Below are positions 52,442 through 62,286 of a stretch of 64,000 nucleotides of DNA, in pieces. Origin of the DNA: an uncultured Planctomycetota bacterium (GTDB lineage Bacteria; Planctomycetota; Planctomycetia; Isosphaerales; Isosphaeraceae). The first letter of the stretch is position 1, and each line of letters starts with the position of its first letter. Position numbers and translations under genes: made by a program. The stretch covers positions 4,896,001 to 4,960,000 of the forward strand of contig CAVTTN010000002.1 of the NCBI GenBank assembly GCA_963737655.1, read 5' to 3'. The notes under the pieces were generated by a model. The model saw nothing but the letters and a program-made list of their open reading frames with translations. It was not told where the DNA came from and did no database searches.

Positions 52442-54024
52442 ATGAACCGCCTCGCCCTGGCCGGCCTGCTCGCGATGGCCTCCTGCGGATGCGCCCGAGG
52501 GCGGGCCGCCATGCCCCCGCGATCGACGATGGCCGGTCCCGTCGGCATCCAGCCGATGGAGCCGATCCGCGCCTCGATCAACGAGGGGAAGGTCCCCGCC
52601 GATCCGGGGGCGGTCCGCGCCAGTTATGAAGCCCCGGAGCCGGAAGCGACCGAGGCTCCCCCAAACTTTCGAGACTCCCCTCCCAGGCGTGCCGAGAAGC
52701 TCCTGACCGAGGGAAACGCGGCGCTTCAGGCGTCACCCTCGGTCGCCGAGCCTCCGCCGGATCGGCCGGCGCCGGAAGCCGGACCGGGGCCGGCGGCGGT
52801 GGTCGAGCCGGTCCCCGCCCCCGAACCTCCCCCGGCGGCCCCCCTGGTGGAAACGGCCTCGCTGGGCGACCCGCTGCCCCCCCTGCCCGCCTCGCCGGCC
52901 CCGGTCTCGAACCCGCCCCAATCGGCCGGATCGCCGCCGTCCTCGCCCGATGCGAAGTCGGCGGCGGGGGCCCCGCCTCGCGGCTCGACCATCGGCCTGA
53001 AGACCGAGCCCGGGCTCGCCCCGGGACGGCCCGCCGCGATGGTCGCCGCCCGGGTGGGCGACACGATCATCACGTTTCGGGAGCTCGACCGCGTGGTCGC
53101 CGACCGGATCAAGGCCCAGGGCGTGAGCGCCTCGGAGATCCCGCCCGACCAGTTGAACATGATCGCCAAGACGATCCTGGAAGACCTGATCGACAACACG
53201 ATGATCGTGGCCGACGCCCGCAAGGAGATGAAGAAGCCCCAGCAATGGCAGATGTTCTCGGACCACATCGAGAAGGTCTGGAAGGAGCGCGAGCTCCCCC
53301 GCTCTGCCGCCGCTACAAGGTCGATGGCGAGCTCGCCCTGAGGAAGAAGATGGAGGCGATGGGCGAGTCGCTCGACGACCAGAAGGCCCAGTTCAAGCTC
53401 TCGACGATGGCCCACGACATCCTCATGATGAGGCTCCAGCAAAAAATCACCAAGCCGGCCCTGCCGGAGATGATCGTCTATTACGAGGCCCACAAGGACC
53501 AGTACAACCGCCCGGCGCAGATCCGCTGGAGCGAGATCCTGATCCCCGCCAAGGGAGGCGCGAAGGCCCAGGCCAGGGCCGAGGCCATCCGCGCCCGACT
53601 GCTCCAGGGCGAGCCGTTCGAGGCGCTGGCCAAGGCCGAGAGCGCCGGCGATACCGCCTCCAAGGGCGGCCTCTGGCCCAACACCACGCCCGGGAGCCTC
53701 CGCTCGGCCGACCTGAACAAGGCGCTGGACACCCAGCCGATCGGCGCGATCGGCCCGGTGATCGCCGACGCCAAGGGCTTCCACATCGTCCGGGTCGAAT
53801 CGCGGCGAGGGGCCGGGCCCGCGAAGTTCCACGAGGTCCAGAAGGAAGTCGCCGACGAGCTCTTCCGCGAGGGCTTCCTCCGCCACCGCGACGAATTGTT
53901 GAAGAAGCTCCGGGCCCGGACGGCCATCAGCGCCCCCCTGTTCGAGGGGACCGACTCCGCGCCCTCGATGGTCACCGAACCCTCGAAGAAGGACGCCGAG
54001 GCGAAGCCCGCGGGCTATCGTTAG
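52442..54024 (+). CDS. SurA/PrsA-like parvulin peptidyl-prolyl isomerase lipoprotein; frameshift at ~53298
   Basis: Lipobox SCGC, Pro-rich linker, VAARVG...IT..EL, F..LAK..S.....KGG, GFHIV.V. Immediately downstream of mfd. Confidence 0.85.
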
Positions 54025-54062
54025 GCCAACCCCGAGCCAGCGGGGGAGTTCGAGGACTTCCC

Positions 54063-54902
54063 ATGATCCCCGAGGGGATGACGGTCGTCGGATCGTTCTG
54101 GACGGGCTCGCCGGGCGAGGCCCTCTCCGCCCTGGAAGCCCTCGCGAGGATCGACCCGGCCGGGGCCTCCCACGACCCGACCGGCCGCGCCGTCGCCGCC
54201 ATCCATGTCGACCTGGGACGGACCGGACCGGACCGCTTCTTCCGGGCCCTCCGGGAGAACTCGGTCCGCCTCGTCCGGTCTTTCCTCCATGCCTCCTACG
54301 GGTCGGAGTTCTGGTCGCGAACGCCCGAGGAGTGCGTGGGGGCGGTGCTTGGGATCGACGGCCACGTCGCGATGGCCGACCCTCGCGATTACGGGCGGAT
54401 CATCCCCCTGGAGCGGCCCCTCGCCATCCGGTCCCGTCCGGTCGCGGACGCTGAGGACCGCGGCCCGGCCCCTCACGTGGTCCGTGCCGGCGGCCTCCCG
54501 TTCCTGAGCGACGGCCTCCTGAAGACGCTCCGCGACCTGGGGGCGGCGGGAGAGACCGCCGAGATCGTCTACCAGGGCCCGAAGCGGAGCGAGTTCGGCA
54601 AGGTCCAGGCCGGTTACAGGCGATTCCACGTCCTCCCCGAGATCGACACCGGGGGCCACCCGCCGATCGACCTCCTCCCGGCCCCTCTGGGCGAGGATTT
54701 CGGCATCTGCGGATTCCGCCGATCGAGGGGAGAGGACGCCTGGATCGAGGTCGCGCTCGACCGCCGGGCCGCCGAGGCCCTCCGGGCCCGCCGAAGGACG
54801 GTCCTCCTTCGCCCGATCTTCTCGCGGGATGGGGCCGTGGCGGACTTCCGGAAGCGGGTCGAGGAGTCCGCCCGGGACCTCGGGTCCGATCCCCTGATCT
54901 AG
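54063..54902 (+). CDS. Hypothetical protein
   Basis: 279-aa ORF with globular composition filling the gap between genes. No recognisable family. Confidence 0.6.
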   Translation: MIPEGMTVVGSFWTGSPGEALSALEALARIDPAGASHDPTGRAVAAIHVDLGRTGPDRFFRALRENSVRLVRSFLHASYGSEFWSRTPEECVGAVLGIDGHVAMADPRDYGRIIPLERPLAIRSRPVADAEDRGPAPHVVRAGGLPFLSDGLLKTLRDLGAAGETAEIVYQGPKRSEFGKVQAGYRRFHVLPEIDTGGHPPIDLLPAPLGEDFGICGFRRSRGEDAWIEVALDRRAAEALRARRRTVLLRPIFSRDGAVADFRKRVEESARDLGSDPLI

Positions 54903-54928
54903 CCGGGGAAGCGCCTCGCGACTTCGGT

Positions 54929-56410
54929 TCAGCACGCGCCGTCGGGCCCGGCCTCGTCCGGCGAAGCGGGCGGGCCGACGGTCTCCATCCACAGGGCGGC
55001 GGCTTCTCGGTTCTCGTCTCGGGCCTGGCCTTCGAGGTTGTCCCGTTCGTGGAGGATCAGGCGGGTCAGGTGATCGCGGGCGTCGGAGGCGTGGGCGAGG
55101 AAGCCCGTCATCAGGTCCTCGCCCTCGAGCTCGCCGTCGGCGAACTTCGCGATCGCCTCGGACTTGATCCGCCCGAGCTCGGACTGCAACTCGAGCAATT
55201 CGCGGAGGTCCAGCCTCGCCACCAGCTCCAGAGCCAGAGAGCGGGACTCGATCTCGCCGACCTTCAGGATGTAATGCTCGAACCCGCTCTCGCGGAGCCG
55301 ACGATAGCGGCTGCGGAGCCACTGCCAGAGGAAGAACGCCGCGGTCAGGACCGCCCCGGCGATCGAGAGCTCTTTTTCGATGGCGTCGATGATGTCGCCG
55401 GTGATCAAGGGCTTGCTCCGCTCCTGATAGAGCAGAGTCCCGCCGTGCAGGGGCATCTCGGGGGCCGATTCGAGGAGCGTGTCGGTCAACGGAGGGTGCG
55501 CCAGCTGGGAGAACGGCGTGCGGAACGTCGCTTCCAGGACGCGGCTGACGGCCTCCGGGTCCACGTCCTTGTGGGCGACCAGCAGCAGCCGGGTCCCGAG
55601 GGTGCGGACCGGCTCGGGCGGGACCGCCGGGCGGACCCCGTAGGTGAACGCCGGGATCGTGGCCTCGATCACGTGATCGCGCGCGACGCCCGAGGTCGCC
55701 TCGCCCGCCGTCTCGTCGGTCCCGCCGTCGATCGAGTACGCCTCGCCGAACGGCAAGGCGACCAGGCGCAGGCCGTGACGCCCCACCAGCTTCTTCGCGA
55801 CCCGGGACGGCAGGAGAGACACCATGAACAGGGCGTCGGGCAGGGCGTTGCGATCGCGGATGTGTTCGAGCTCGTCGTAAGAAAGCGTCGAGGCGTGGAA
55901 ATCGGCGTCGGCGCCCATCCCGGCGAACCTCATCACGTCGGAGGCGAGGGCATGGGTCCCGCTGCCGACCTCGCCCAGGTTCACGCTCTTGCCGCGGAGG
56001 GCCTCCAGGCTCCGGCCGACGCCCTCGGCCAGCTCCTTCTTGACCAGCAGATGCAACGGCTCGACATGGAGCGCCGCGACCTGCCGGACGTTCGGCCGAT
56101 CCCCGACGCCGAGCCCTCCCTGGACCAACGCCAGGTCGATCGACCGGGAATTCACGCGGTCGAGCGCCTGTTCCGACCCGGCGGTCTCGACGAGTTTCAG
56201 GACGACCCGGTAGCGGACCGCCTCGGCGGCGAGCGATTCGGCCATCGAGTGCCGCGAGCCCTGGGGCCGCCCGGCCGAGATCGTCAAACGGGCCGGTCGG
56301 GAGCTCCCCCGGCCGAAGACCAGCCAGAGCACGGCCAGGACGACCGCCGCGACGATCGCCAGGGCCGCCCGGTCCCTCGCCACGCTCTTGAACAGACTTC
56401 GCGAGGCCAT
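54929..56410 (-). CDS. TAXI family solute-binding protein with N- and C-terminal TM segments
   Basis: ET.GS...L, D.ALVQGG, EPLHL.V, L.GK.V..G..GSGT, PLH.G...Y. Confidence 0.85.
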   Translation of the reverse strand: MASRSLFKSVARDRAALAIVAAVVLAVLWLVFGRGSSRPARLTISAGRPQGSRHSMAESLAAEAVRYRVVLKLVETAGSEQALDRVNSRSIDLALVQGGLGVGDRPNVRQVAALHVEPLHLLVKKELAEGVGRSLEALRGKSVNLGEVGSGTHALASDVMRFAGMGADADFHASTLSYDELEHIRDRNALPDALFMVSLLPSRVAKKLVGRHGLRLVALPFGEAYSIDGGTDETAGEATSGVARDHVIEATIPAFTYGVRPAVPPEPVRTLGTRLLLVAHKDVDPEAVSRVLEATFRTPFSQLAHPPLTDTLLESAPEMPLHGGTLLYQERSKPLITGDIIDAIEKELSIAGAVLTAAFFLWQWLRSRYRRLRESGFEHYILKVGEIESRSLALELVARLDLRELLELQSELGRIKSEAIAKFADGELEGEDLMTGFLAHASDARDHLTRLILHERDNLEGQARDENREAAALWMETVGPPASPDEAGPDGAC

Positions 56411-56487
56411 CGCGGACCCTCTCCGTCCGGCAGGGGATTCGTCTCCGGCCTCATCTTATTCATCCGAAGCCCCGGCGGCGACACGCT

Positions 56488-56999
56488 TCATCGCTGGAGC
56501 AACTGCTCGCCGAACTCGAAGAGCAGGAGCTCTACGATGATCCCGATGGCCAGCAGGACCACGTTGAGGAACGAGAAGGCGAGGGCTTCCATCGCGGCGA
56601 TCCACCCATCCCGACGGGCCCCGGGCTCGGAGTCCTGAAAGATTCGGCGGGCCAGGAGGGGCGCGACGACCGTGAGGGCGAAGAAGCCCTGGAACCAGTA
56701 GATGATCCCTCGGCCCAGCCGGCATCCACGAGTTGAAAGAGGGCGAGCAGCGCCAGGCAGGCGATGGCCGCCTGGAGGCCGATCTGGGCGATCGAATGCC
56801 GCCGGATCGCCCCGAGGGCCAGGGCCGTCAGGCCGATCCCGAGGACCAGGATCGCCGGGGCGTCGAAATTCCAGCCGGGGAGCGTGGACCCCGTCGCGTG
56901 CTTGCGGACCTCCGCGAACAGGGCCGACGCCGCCCCGCAGGCGAGGACCACCATCATCAGGCTCGCCATCGAGACGCGGAATCGTCGGGTCCTGGGCAT
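56488..56999 (-). CDS. Small multi-TM hypothetical protein; frameshift at ~56712
   Basis: R.S.ASLM..V planctomycete-style N-terminus. TM segments are split across two frames. Confidence 0.55.
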
Positions 57000-57184
57000 G
57001 CATCCTCCTCCCGGTCGGGGCGTTCAGGCTACCCCGAGCCTTCTCGAACCGCAATAATCCCGGGCGGCCGGCGAATCTTCCGGCGAAATCCGGCCTCGGG
57101 CCGTTGCCCCGGGCCCCTCGCTTCGGGTAACGTTCCGGCCGAGCCGGCATCGAGACTTCGTGACGTGACGAAAGGGTGGCACCG

Positions 57185-57817
57185 ATGACTCTGCTTCTGG
57201 CGCTCACGAGCGTCGAGACGATCTTGCTGGCCGTCGTCGGCGGGATCGTCGTCCTGGTGATCCTCGTGGCGATGTTCGCCATCGGCGTCTACAACCGATT
57301 GGTCGCGCTGAGGAACCGTTACAAGAATGCGTTCAGCCAGATCGACGTGCAATTGAAGCGTCGATACGACCTGATCCCCAACCTCGTCGAGACGGTCAAG
57401 GGTTACATGAAGCACGAGTCGGGGACGCTCGAAGCGGTGATCCAGGCGAGGAACTCGGCGTTCAGCGCGTCGCAGAAGGCGGCCAGCAGCCCCGGCGACC
57501 CCTCGGCGATGAGCGGCCTGAGCTCGGCCGAAGGGCAGCTCAACGGCGCCCTCGGCCGCCTGTTCGCCCTGACCGAGAGCTATCCCGACCTCAAGGCGAA
57601 CCAGAACATGCTGTCGCTCCAGGAGGAGCTGACCTCGACCGAGAACAAGGTCGCCTTCGCCCGCCAGGCGTACAACGATTCGGTGATGCAGTACAACACT
57701 CGCCGGGAGACTTTCCCCGACGTCGTCGTCGCCAACTTCCTCAACTTCGGCGAGGCGAAGCTGTTCGAGGTCGAGTCGGAGAAGGAACGGGCCGCCCCCC
57801 GGGTCTCGTTCAGTTGA
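57185..57817 (+). CDS. lemA: LemA family protein
   Basis: YN.LV.LRN....A.SQIDVQLKRR.DLIPNLVETVKGY..HE, E.YPDLKA, ARQ.YN..V..YN.....FP. Confidence 0.96.
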   Translation: MTLLLALTSVETILLAVVGGIVVLVILVAMFAIGVYNRLVALRNRYKNAFSQIDVQLKRRYDLIPNLVETVKGYMKHESGTLEAVIQARNSAFSASQKAASSPGDPSAMSGLSSAEGQLNGALGRLFALTESYPDLKANQNMLSLQEELTSTENKVAFARQAYNDSVMQYNTRRETFPDVVVANFLNFGEAKLFEVESEKERAAPRVSFS

Positions 57818-57838
57818 GAGAATGGGCCGAGCCGCGCG

Positions 57839-57872
57839 TTTCGTAGGGCAGGCCTCGGCCTGCCCTACGAAA
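57839..57872. repeat. GTAG-type REP hairpin, family F (tttcGTAGggcaggcc-tc-ggcctgccCTACgaaa)
   Basis: Perfect 16-bp inverted repeat between lemA and the M48 gene. Confidence 0.8.
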
Positions 57873-57940
57873 GCCGTCATCCTCCCGGCAATCGGCCCTG
57901 GTTCTGTGGTGTTATCTTTCTCCGAGCTCCCCGAGTCATC

Positions 57941-59935
57941 ATGGCCACCGATTTTTTCGACCGTCAGGCAGACGCCCATCGGCGGACCGGCCGCCTGGTG
58001 TTCTATTTCGGGGCGGCCGTCGTCCTGATCATCTTGACGGTCTATGCCGTCATCACGGCGATCTTCTTCTATGGGCAGAAGGGGCGGACCCCGGACGGCC
58101 CGCGAGTCGAGATCCTCGACCCGATCCGCCTGGCGGCCGTCGCGGCGGGGACGGGCCTGGTGATCCTCGGCGGCAGCGTGTTCAAGACCCTCAGCCTCCG
58201 CGAAGGCGGCCCCGCCGTGGCCCGGATGCTCGACGGCCGGCTCGTCGATGGCAGCTCGCGAGAGCCGGCCGAGCGCCGCCTGCTCAACATCGTCGAGGAG
58301 ATGGCCATCGCCTCCGGCACGCCCGTCCCCCAGGTGTATGTCCTGGACAGGGAGGAAGGCATCAACGCCTTCGCCGCCGGATATACCTCGGGCGACTCGG
58401 TGATCGGGGTGACTCGCGGGGCCTTGAAGCACCTGGACCGCGACGAGCTCCAGGGCGTGATCGCCCACGAATTCAGCCACATCCTCAACGGCGACGTCCG
58501 GCTCGACGTCCGCCTGATCGGCGTCCTCCACGGGATCTTGCTCCTCGCCCTGATCGGCGAGATCCTCATGAGGATGATGCAATATGCCCCGAGTTCGAGG
58601 CGATCGAGCGACGGCGAGAAAAAAGACAATTCGGCCCTCGCGTTCTTCCTGATGGGCCTGGCCCTCTACCTGATCGGCTATCTCGGCGTGTTCTTCGGCC
58701 GATTGATCCAGGCCGCCGTGTCCCGGCAGCGAGAGTTCCTGGCCGATGCCTCGGCCGTCCAGTTCACGAGGAACCCGGAGGGGATCGCCGGGGCGCTGAA
58801 GACCATCGGCGGGCTGGCCGACGGGTCGAAGGTCAAGACGCCGGCGGCGATGGAAGCCTGCCACATGTTCTTCGGCGAGGGCGTCCCGTCGATGATCGAC
58901 CTCCTGGCGACCCACCCGCCCCTGGTCGAGCGGATCAAGCGGCTCGACCCCTCGTTCGACGGGCAATTCCCGGTGATCCCCGAGGATTCGAGCGTCGATG
59001 ACGACCTGGAGGTCGTCGAGGAAAAGGCTCGGAAGCCGGCCATGCCCACGATCCTCCCCGGGCTGCCGACGGCCGGAGGGTCGATCGGGATGCAGGCGGC
59101 GGCCGTCCTCGCCTCGGTCGGCACGGCCGACCCGGCGCACATGGCCTATGCCTCCGAGCTCCTCGCCGACCTCCCCGCCCCGATCGCCTCGGCCGCCCGC
59201 GAGCCGTTCGGAGCGATCGCGTTGATTTATGCCCTATTGCTCGATGACGACCCGGCGATCCGCCATCGGCAGCTCGACGGGATCGCCGCGAACGACGCCC
59301 CGGGCCTCGCCCGCGAGGCCGCCCGGCTCGCCCCCCTGGCCGGGTCGCTCGGACCGGAGGCGAGGGTACCCCTGGTCGATCTGGCGTTGCCGTCCCTCCG
59401 ACGGCTCAGCCCGATCCAGTATCCACGGTTCCGAGGCAACGTCGAGGCGCTGATCCAGGCCGATCAGCGGGTCTCGCTGTTCGAATTCGCCCTTCAACGG
59501 ATGCTGTTCCGGCACCTCGATCGGCAGTATCGCCGGGCCGCGCCCCAGGCCGTCCGGTTCACGACGGTCGGGCCGCTCCTGCCGTCGCTCTCGGCGCTAT
59601 TGTCGTCGCTGGCGAGGATCGGCCAGGAGGCGCCGGAGGACGTCGAGCGGGCGTTCCGGGCCGGCGCGGCGAAGCTCGGGCCGGAGGGGGCGTCGCTGGG
59701 CCTCGTCGCGGAGGATGCCGGCTCGCTCCCGGCCGTGGATCAGGCCCTGAACGCCCTGGCGGCGGCGTCCCCACCCCTCAAGAAAAGGGCCATCGACGCC
59801 TGCGCCGCCTGCATCGCCGCCGACGGCCGCGTGACGGTCGAGGAAGGCGAATTGCTCCGCGCGATCGCCGATTCGCTCGACTGCCCGATGCCGCCGATCC
59901 TCCCGGATTCGGTCAAGCCCGGTCGAACCCCTTGA
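57941..59935 (+). CDS. M48 (HtpX-like) membrane zinc metallopeptidase with C-terminal extension
   Basis: N..EEMAIASG, INAFAAG, ELQGV.AHEFSH, SRQRE.LADA, THPPL.ERI. Confidence 0.93.
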   Translation: MATDFFDRQADAHRRTGRLVFYFGAAVVLIILTVYAVITAIFFYGQKGRTPDGPRVEILDPIRLAAVAAGTGLVILGGSVFKTLSLREGGPAVARMLDGRLVDGSSREPAERRLLNIVEEMAIASGTPVPQVYVLDREEGINAFAAGYTSGDSVIGVTRGALKHLDRDELQGVIAHEFSHILNGDVRLDVRLIGVLHGILLLALIGEILMRMMQYAPSSRRSSDGEKKDNSALAFFLMGLALYLIGYLGVFFGRLIQAAVSRQREFLADASAVQFTRNPEGIAGALKTIGGLADGSKVKTPAAMEACHMFFGEGVPSMIDLLATHPPLVERIKRLDPSFDGQFPVIPEDSSVDDDLEVVEEKARKPAMPTILPGLPTAGGSIGMQAAAVLASVGTADPAHMAYASELLADLPAPIASAAREPFGAIALIYALLLDDDPAIRHRQLDGIAANDAPGLAREAARLAPLAGSLGPEARVPLVDLALPSLRRLSPIQYPRFRGNVEALIQADQRVSLFEFALQRMLFRHLDRQYRRAAPQAVRFTTVGPLLPSLSALLSSLARIGQEAPEDVERAFRAGAAKLGPEGASLGLVAEDAGSLPAVDQALNALAAASPPLKKRAIDACAACIAADGRVTVEEGELLRAIADSLDCPMPPILPDSVKPGRTP

Positions 59936-60251
59936 ACCACGTCCCCTGAGACCTCAATCGGCCGGAGTCCCCCTCGACCAGCAGGCCGTAGACGTTCGAG
60001 CGGACGGCGAGTTCCTCGCGGGAGCCGTCGTCGAATTCGAACGTCGCGAAATAGAAGGTCTGGGATGTGGGCCCCGCCTGAGCCCCGGCATGGTTGGCGC
60101 GAACCTCCATCCGCTTCGCCACGACGCGAGCCGGCCGGTCCAGCCGAGGCGCGCTCAGGTTGCTCACGACGTTGACCACGATGCTCCCGACGATGAACAC
60201 GAAGACCGCGCCGATAAACAGCGGGACGATCACGAAGAGATTGATGTTCAT
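59913..60251 (-). CDS. DUF2500 family protein
   Basis: N-terminal TM, A.VV.KR, Y.ATFE..G.R.EL.V....YG.L.EGD.G.L..QG..F..F. Confidence 0.85.
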   Translation of the reverse strand: MNINLFVIVPLFIGAVFVFIVGSIVVNVVSNLSAPRLDRPARVVAKRMEVRANHAGAQAGPTSQTFYFATFEFDDGSREELAVRSNVYGLLVEGDSGRLRSQGTWFKGFDRA

Positions 60252-60290
60252 CGTCGAGAGATCCTCTGCCCCGCTTCGATGGAGTGATCT

Positions 60291-61037
60291 TCAGGCCCGT
60301 GAGCCGGCCTCGATGGCGTCCAGGAACCCTCGGACGGTCGCCGCGTAGCCGATTTCGAGGGCGTCGGCGATCAGGGCGTGACCGATCGAGACCTCGGCCA
60401 CCCCGGGGACATGGCGGAGGAACGTGGGCAGGTTCTGGCGGCTGAGGTCATGCCCCGCGTTCACTCCCAAACCCCTGGCGGAGGCCCTTCGGGCCGTCTC
60501 GGCGAACGCGGGGAGGATCGAATCGGCGTCGCCGCGATCGAAGGCCGTCGCATAGGGCTCGGTGTAAAGCTCGATCCGATCGGCGCCGAGGTCCGCGGCG
60601 CGATCGGCCGATTCGGGGACGGCGTCGAGGAACAGGCTGACCCGGCAGCCGATCCGGCGAAGATCGGCGATCAAAGGGGCCAGCCTCTCGGCATCGCGGG
60701 CGAGGTCCCAGCCCTGGTTGCTCGTGAACGCCGAGGGAGAATCCGGGACGAGCGTGCATTGCGTGGGCCGGACCTCGTCGACGATCGCGAGGTAATCCCC
60801 CTCGAACGGGTTCCCCTCGATGTTGAATTCCGCGGCCGGATGGCCCGCGAGCAGGAGGGCGAGGTCGCGGACGTCCCCCGGCCGGATGTGCCTCTGGTCG
60901 GGTCGGGGGTGGACGGTGATCCCCTCGGCGCCGGCCTCCAGGCAGATCGTGGCGGCCTTCACCACGCCGGGAATCCCGCTGTGGCGGGTGTTCCGCAGGG
61001 TGGCCACCTTGTTCACGTTCACGCTGAGCTTGGTCAT
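60291..61037 (-). CDS. pdxJ: Pyridoxine 5'-phosphate synthase
   Basis: LSVN.NK.ATLRN.R, GITVHPRPD.RHI, CTLVPD, RVSLF, IELYT, VNAGHDL, EVSIGHALI. Confidence 0.96.
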   Translation of the reverse strand: MTKLSVNVNKVATLRNTRHSGIPGVVKAATICLEAGAEGITVHPRPDQRHIRPGDVRDLALLLAGHPAAEFNIEGNPFEGDYLAIVDEVRPTQCTLVPDSPSAFTSNQGWDLARDAERLAPLIADLRRIGCRVSLFLDAVPESADRAADLGADRIELYTEPYATAFDRGDADSILPAFAETARRASARGLGVNAGHDLSRQNLPTFLRHVPGVAEVSIGHALIADALEIGYAATVRGFLDAIEAGSRA

Positions 61038-61077
61038 GGGTGGGGTGCGGACATGGAGAGATCGCGAAGAAAGAATG

Positions 61078-61098
61078 GGTGCATTTCATGCACCCTAC
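61078..61098 (-). repeat. Family B REP unit overlapping the LOG stop codon
   Basis: ggtgcatttcatgcaccctac, the reverse complement of GTAGGGTGCATGAAATGCACC. Confidence 0.85.
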
Positions 61099-61688
61099 GA
61101 GGTTTCGAGGTCGATCCATTTCGGCCCGGGGTCGGGCGGCTGGACCGTCATCAGGCGGGAGACGATGGCCTCGGGGTCGTCGAGGATCAGGATCAGGTCG
61201 CGATGCTCGGGCCGGACGAACCGCTCGGCGACGGCGTGGTCCACGAGCATGATCAGCGGGTCGTAATAGCCATCCGTATTCAACAATCCGATCGGCTTGC
61301 GATGCAGGCCCAGGACGCCCCAGGTGAGGATCTCGAAGAACTCCTCGAACGTGCCCACGCCGCCGGGGAGGGCAAGAAAGGCGTCGGATCGAGACGCCAT
61401 CATCGCCTTGCGCTCGTGCATCCCGGGGACGACGTGGAGCTCGGTGAGGCCGTCGTGGGCGATCTCCCGGGCGGAGAGGGCCTCGGGGATCACCCCGACC
61501 ACCCGGCCCCCGGCCTTCAGCGCCGAATCGGCCACGATCCCCATCAGGCCGACTCGCCCTCCTCCGTAGACCAGGCCGAGGCCGTCGCGAGCGATCGCCT
61601 GGCCGACTCGACGGGCGGCCTCGGCATAGATCGGCCGTTTCCCGGACTGGGAGCCGCAGAACACGCAGATGTGGGGACGATCGGGCAT
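61095..61688 (-). CDS. LOG family nucleotide phosphoribohydrolase (TIGR00730)
   Basis: CVFCGS, LVYGGG.VGLMG, MHERK..M, PGG.GT.EE. Confidence 0.95.
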   Translation of the reverse strand: MPDRPHICVFCGSQSGKRPIYAEAARRVGQAIARDGLGLVYGGGRVGLMGIVADSALKAGGRVVGVIPEALSAREIAHDGLTELHVVPGMHERKAMMASRSDAFLALPGGVGTFEEFFEILTWGVLGLHRKPIGLLNTDGYYDPLIMLVDHAVAERFVRPEHRDLILILDDPEAIVSRLMTVQPPDPGPKWIDLETS

Positions 61689-61763
61689 GGCTCAGTGGGC
61701 CTTCGGCGCGGGTTCGGTCCGGGAGTGGAACGTTGCTGGACGGCCTTTGGGCCGCCGCGGGTT

Positions 61764-61784
61764 GGTGCCTCTCATGCACCCTAC
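61764..61784 (-). repeat. Family B REP unit upstream of the LOG gene
   Basis: ggtgcctctcatgcaccctac, same orientation as 61078-61098. Confidence 0.8.
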
Positions 61785-61882
61785 ACGGTTGCCCTTCCCT
61801 CCGTTATCATGGAGTTTGTCGGGGCCGGGCTGCAAGGGGAGTCGGCTCCCGGGACGATTCGAGGCGATTGCGGAGTCTTTCG

Positions 61883-62206
61883 GTGTCCTCCGAGACCTTT
61901 TATGCCGTGGCCCGGGTCGAGGAGATCGCCGACGGCTCGGGGATTGCCGTCGAGGTCGCGGGCCTGCCCCTGGCCGTCTTCCGCGACGGGGACCACTTCT
62001 ACGCGACCGACGATTCCTGCCCCCACCAGGGCATGCCCCTGTCCGACGGCCTGGTCTGCGACAAGACGCTGACCTGCTCCTGGCACGGCTGGCGGTTCAG
62101 CCTGGAAGACGGCCGATGGCTCGACAGCCCGAAGTCCCGGACCCGCGTGGCGACCTATCCGGTCCGCGTGGTCGAGGATCGGGTGGAGGTCGGCATCCCC
62201 GGATGA
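61883..62206 (+). CDS. Rieske [2Fe-2S] ferredoxin
   Basis: CPH...CSWHGW.F motif. Confidence 0.9.
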   Translation: MSSETFYAVARVEEIADGSGIAVEVAGLPLAVFRDGDHFYATDDSCPHQGMPLSDGLVCDKTLTCSWHGWRFSLEDGRWLDSPKSRTRVATYPVRVVEDRVEVGIPG

Positions 62207-62286
62207 CGGACCGCCGGCAATCTTGCCCCGGGGCCCGGCTCGGCTTATCCTGAGACCTCCGGAATCCGCCCCTCGCGAGACCGCCC

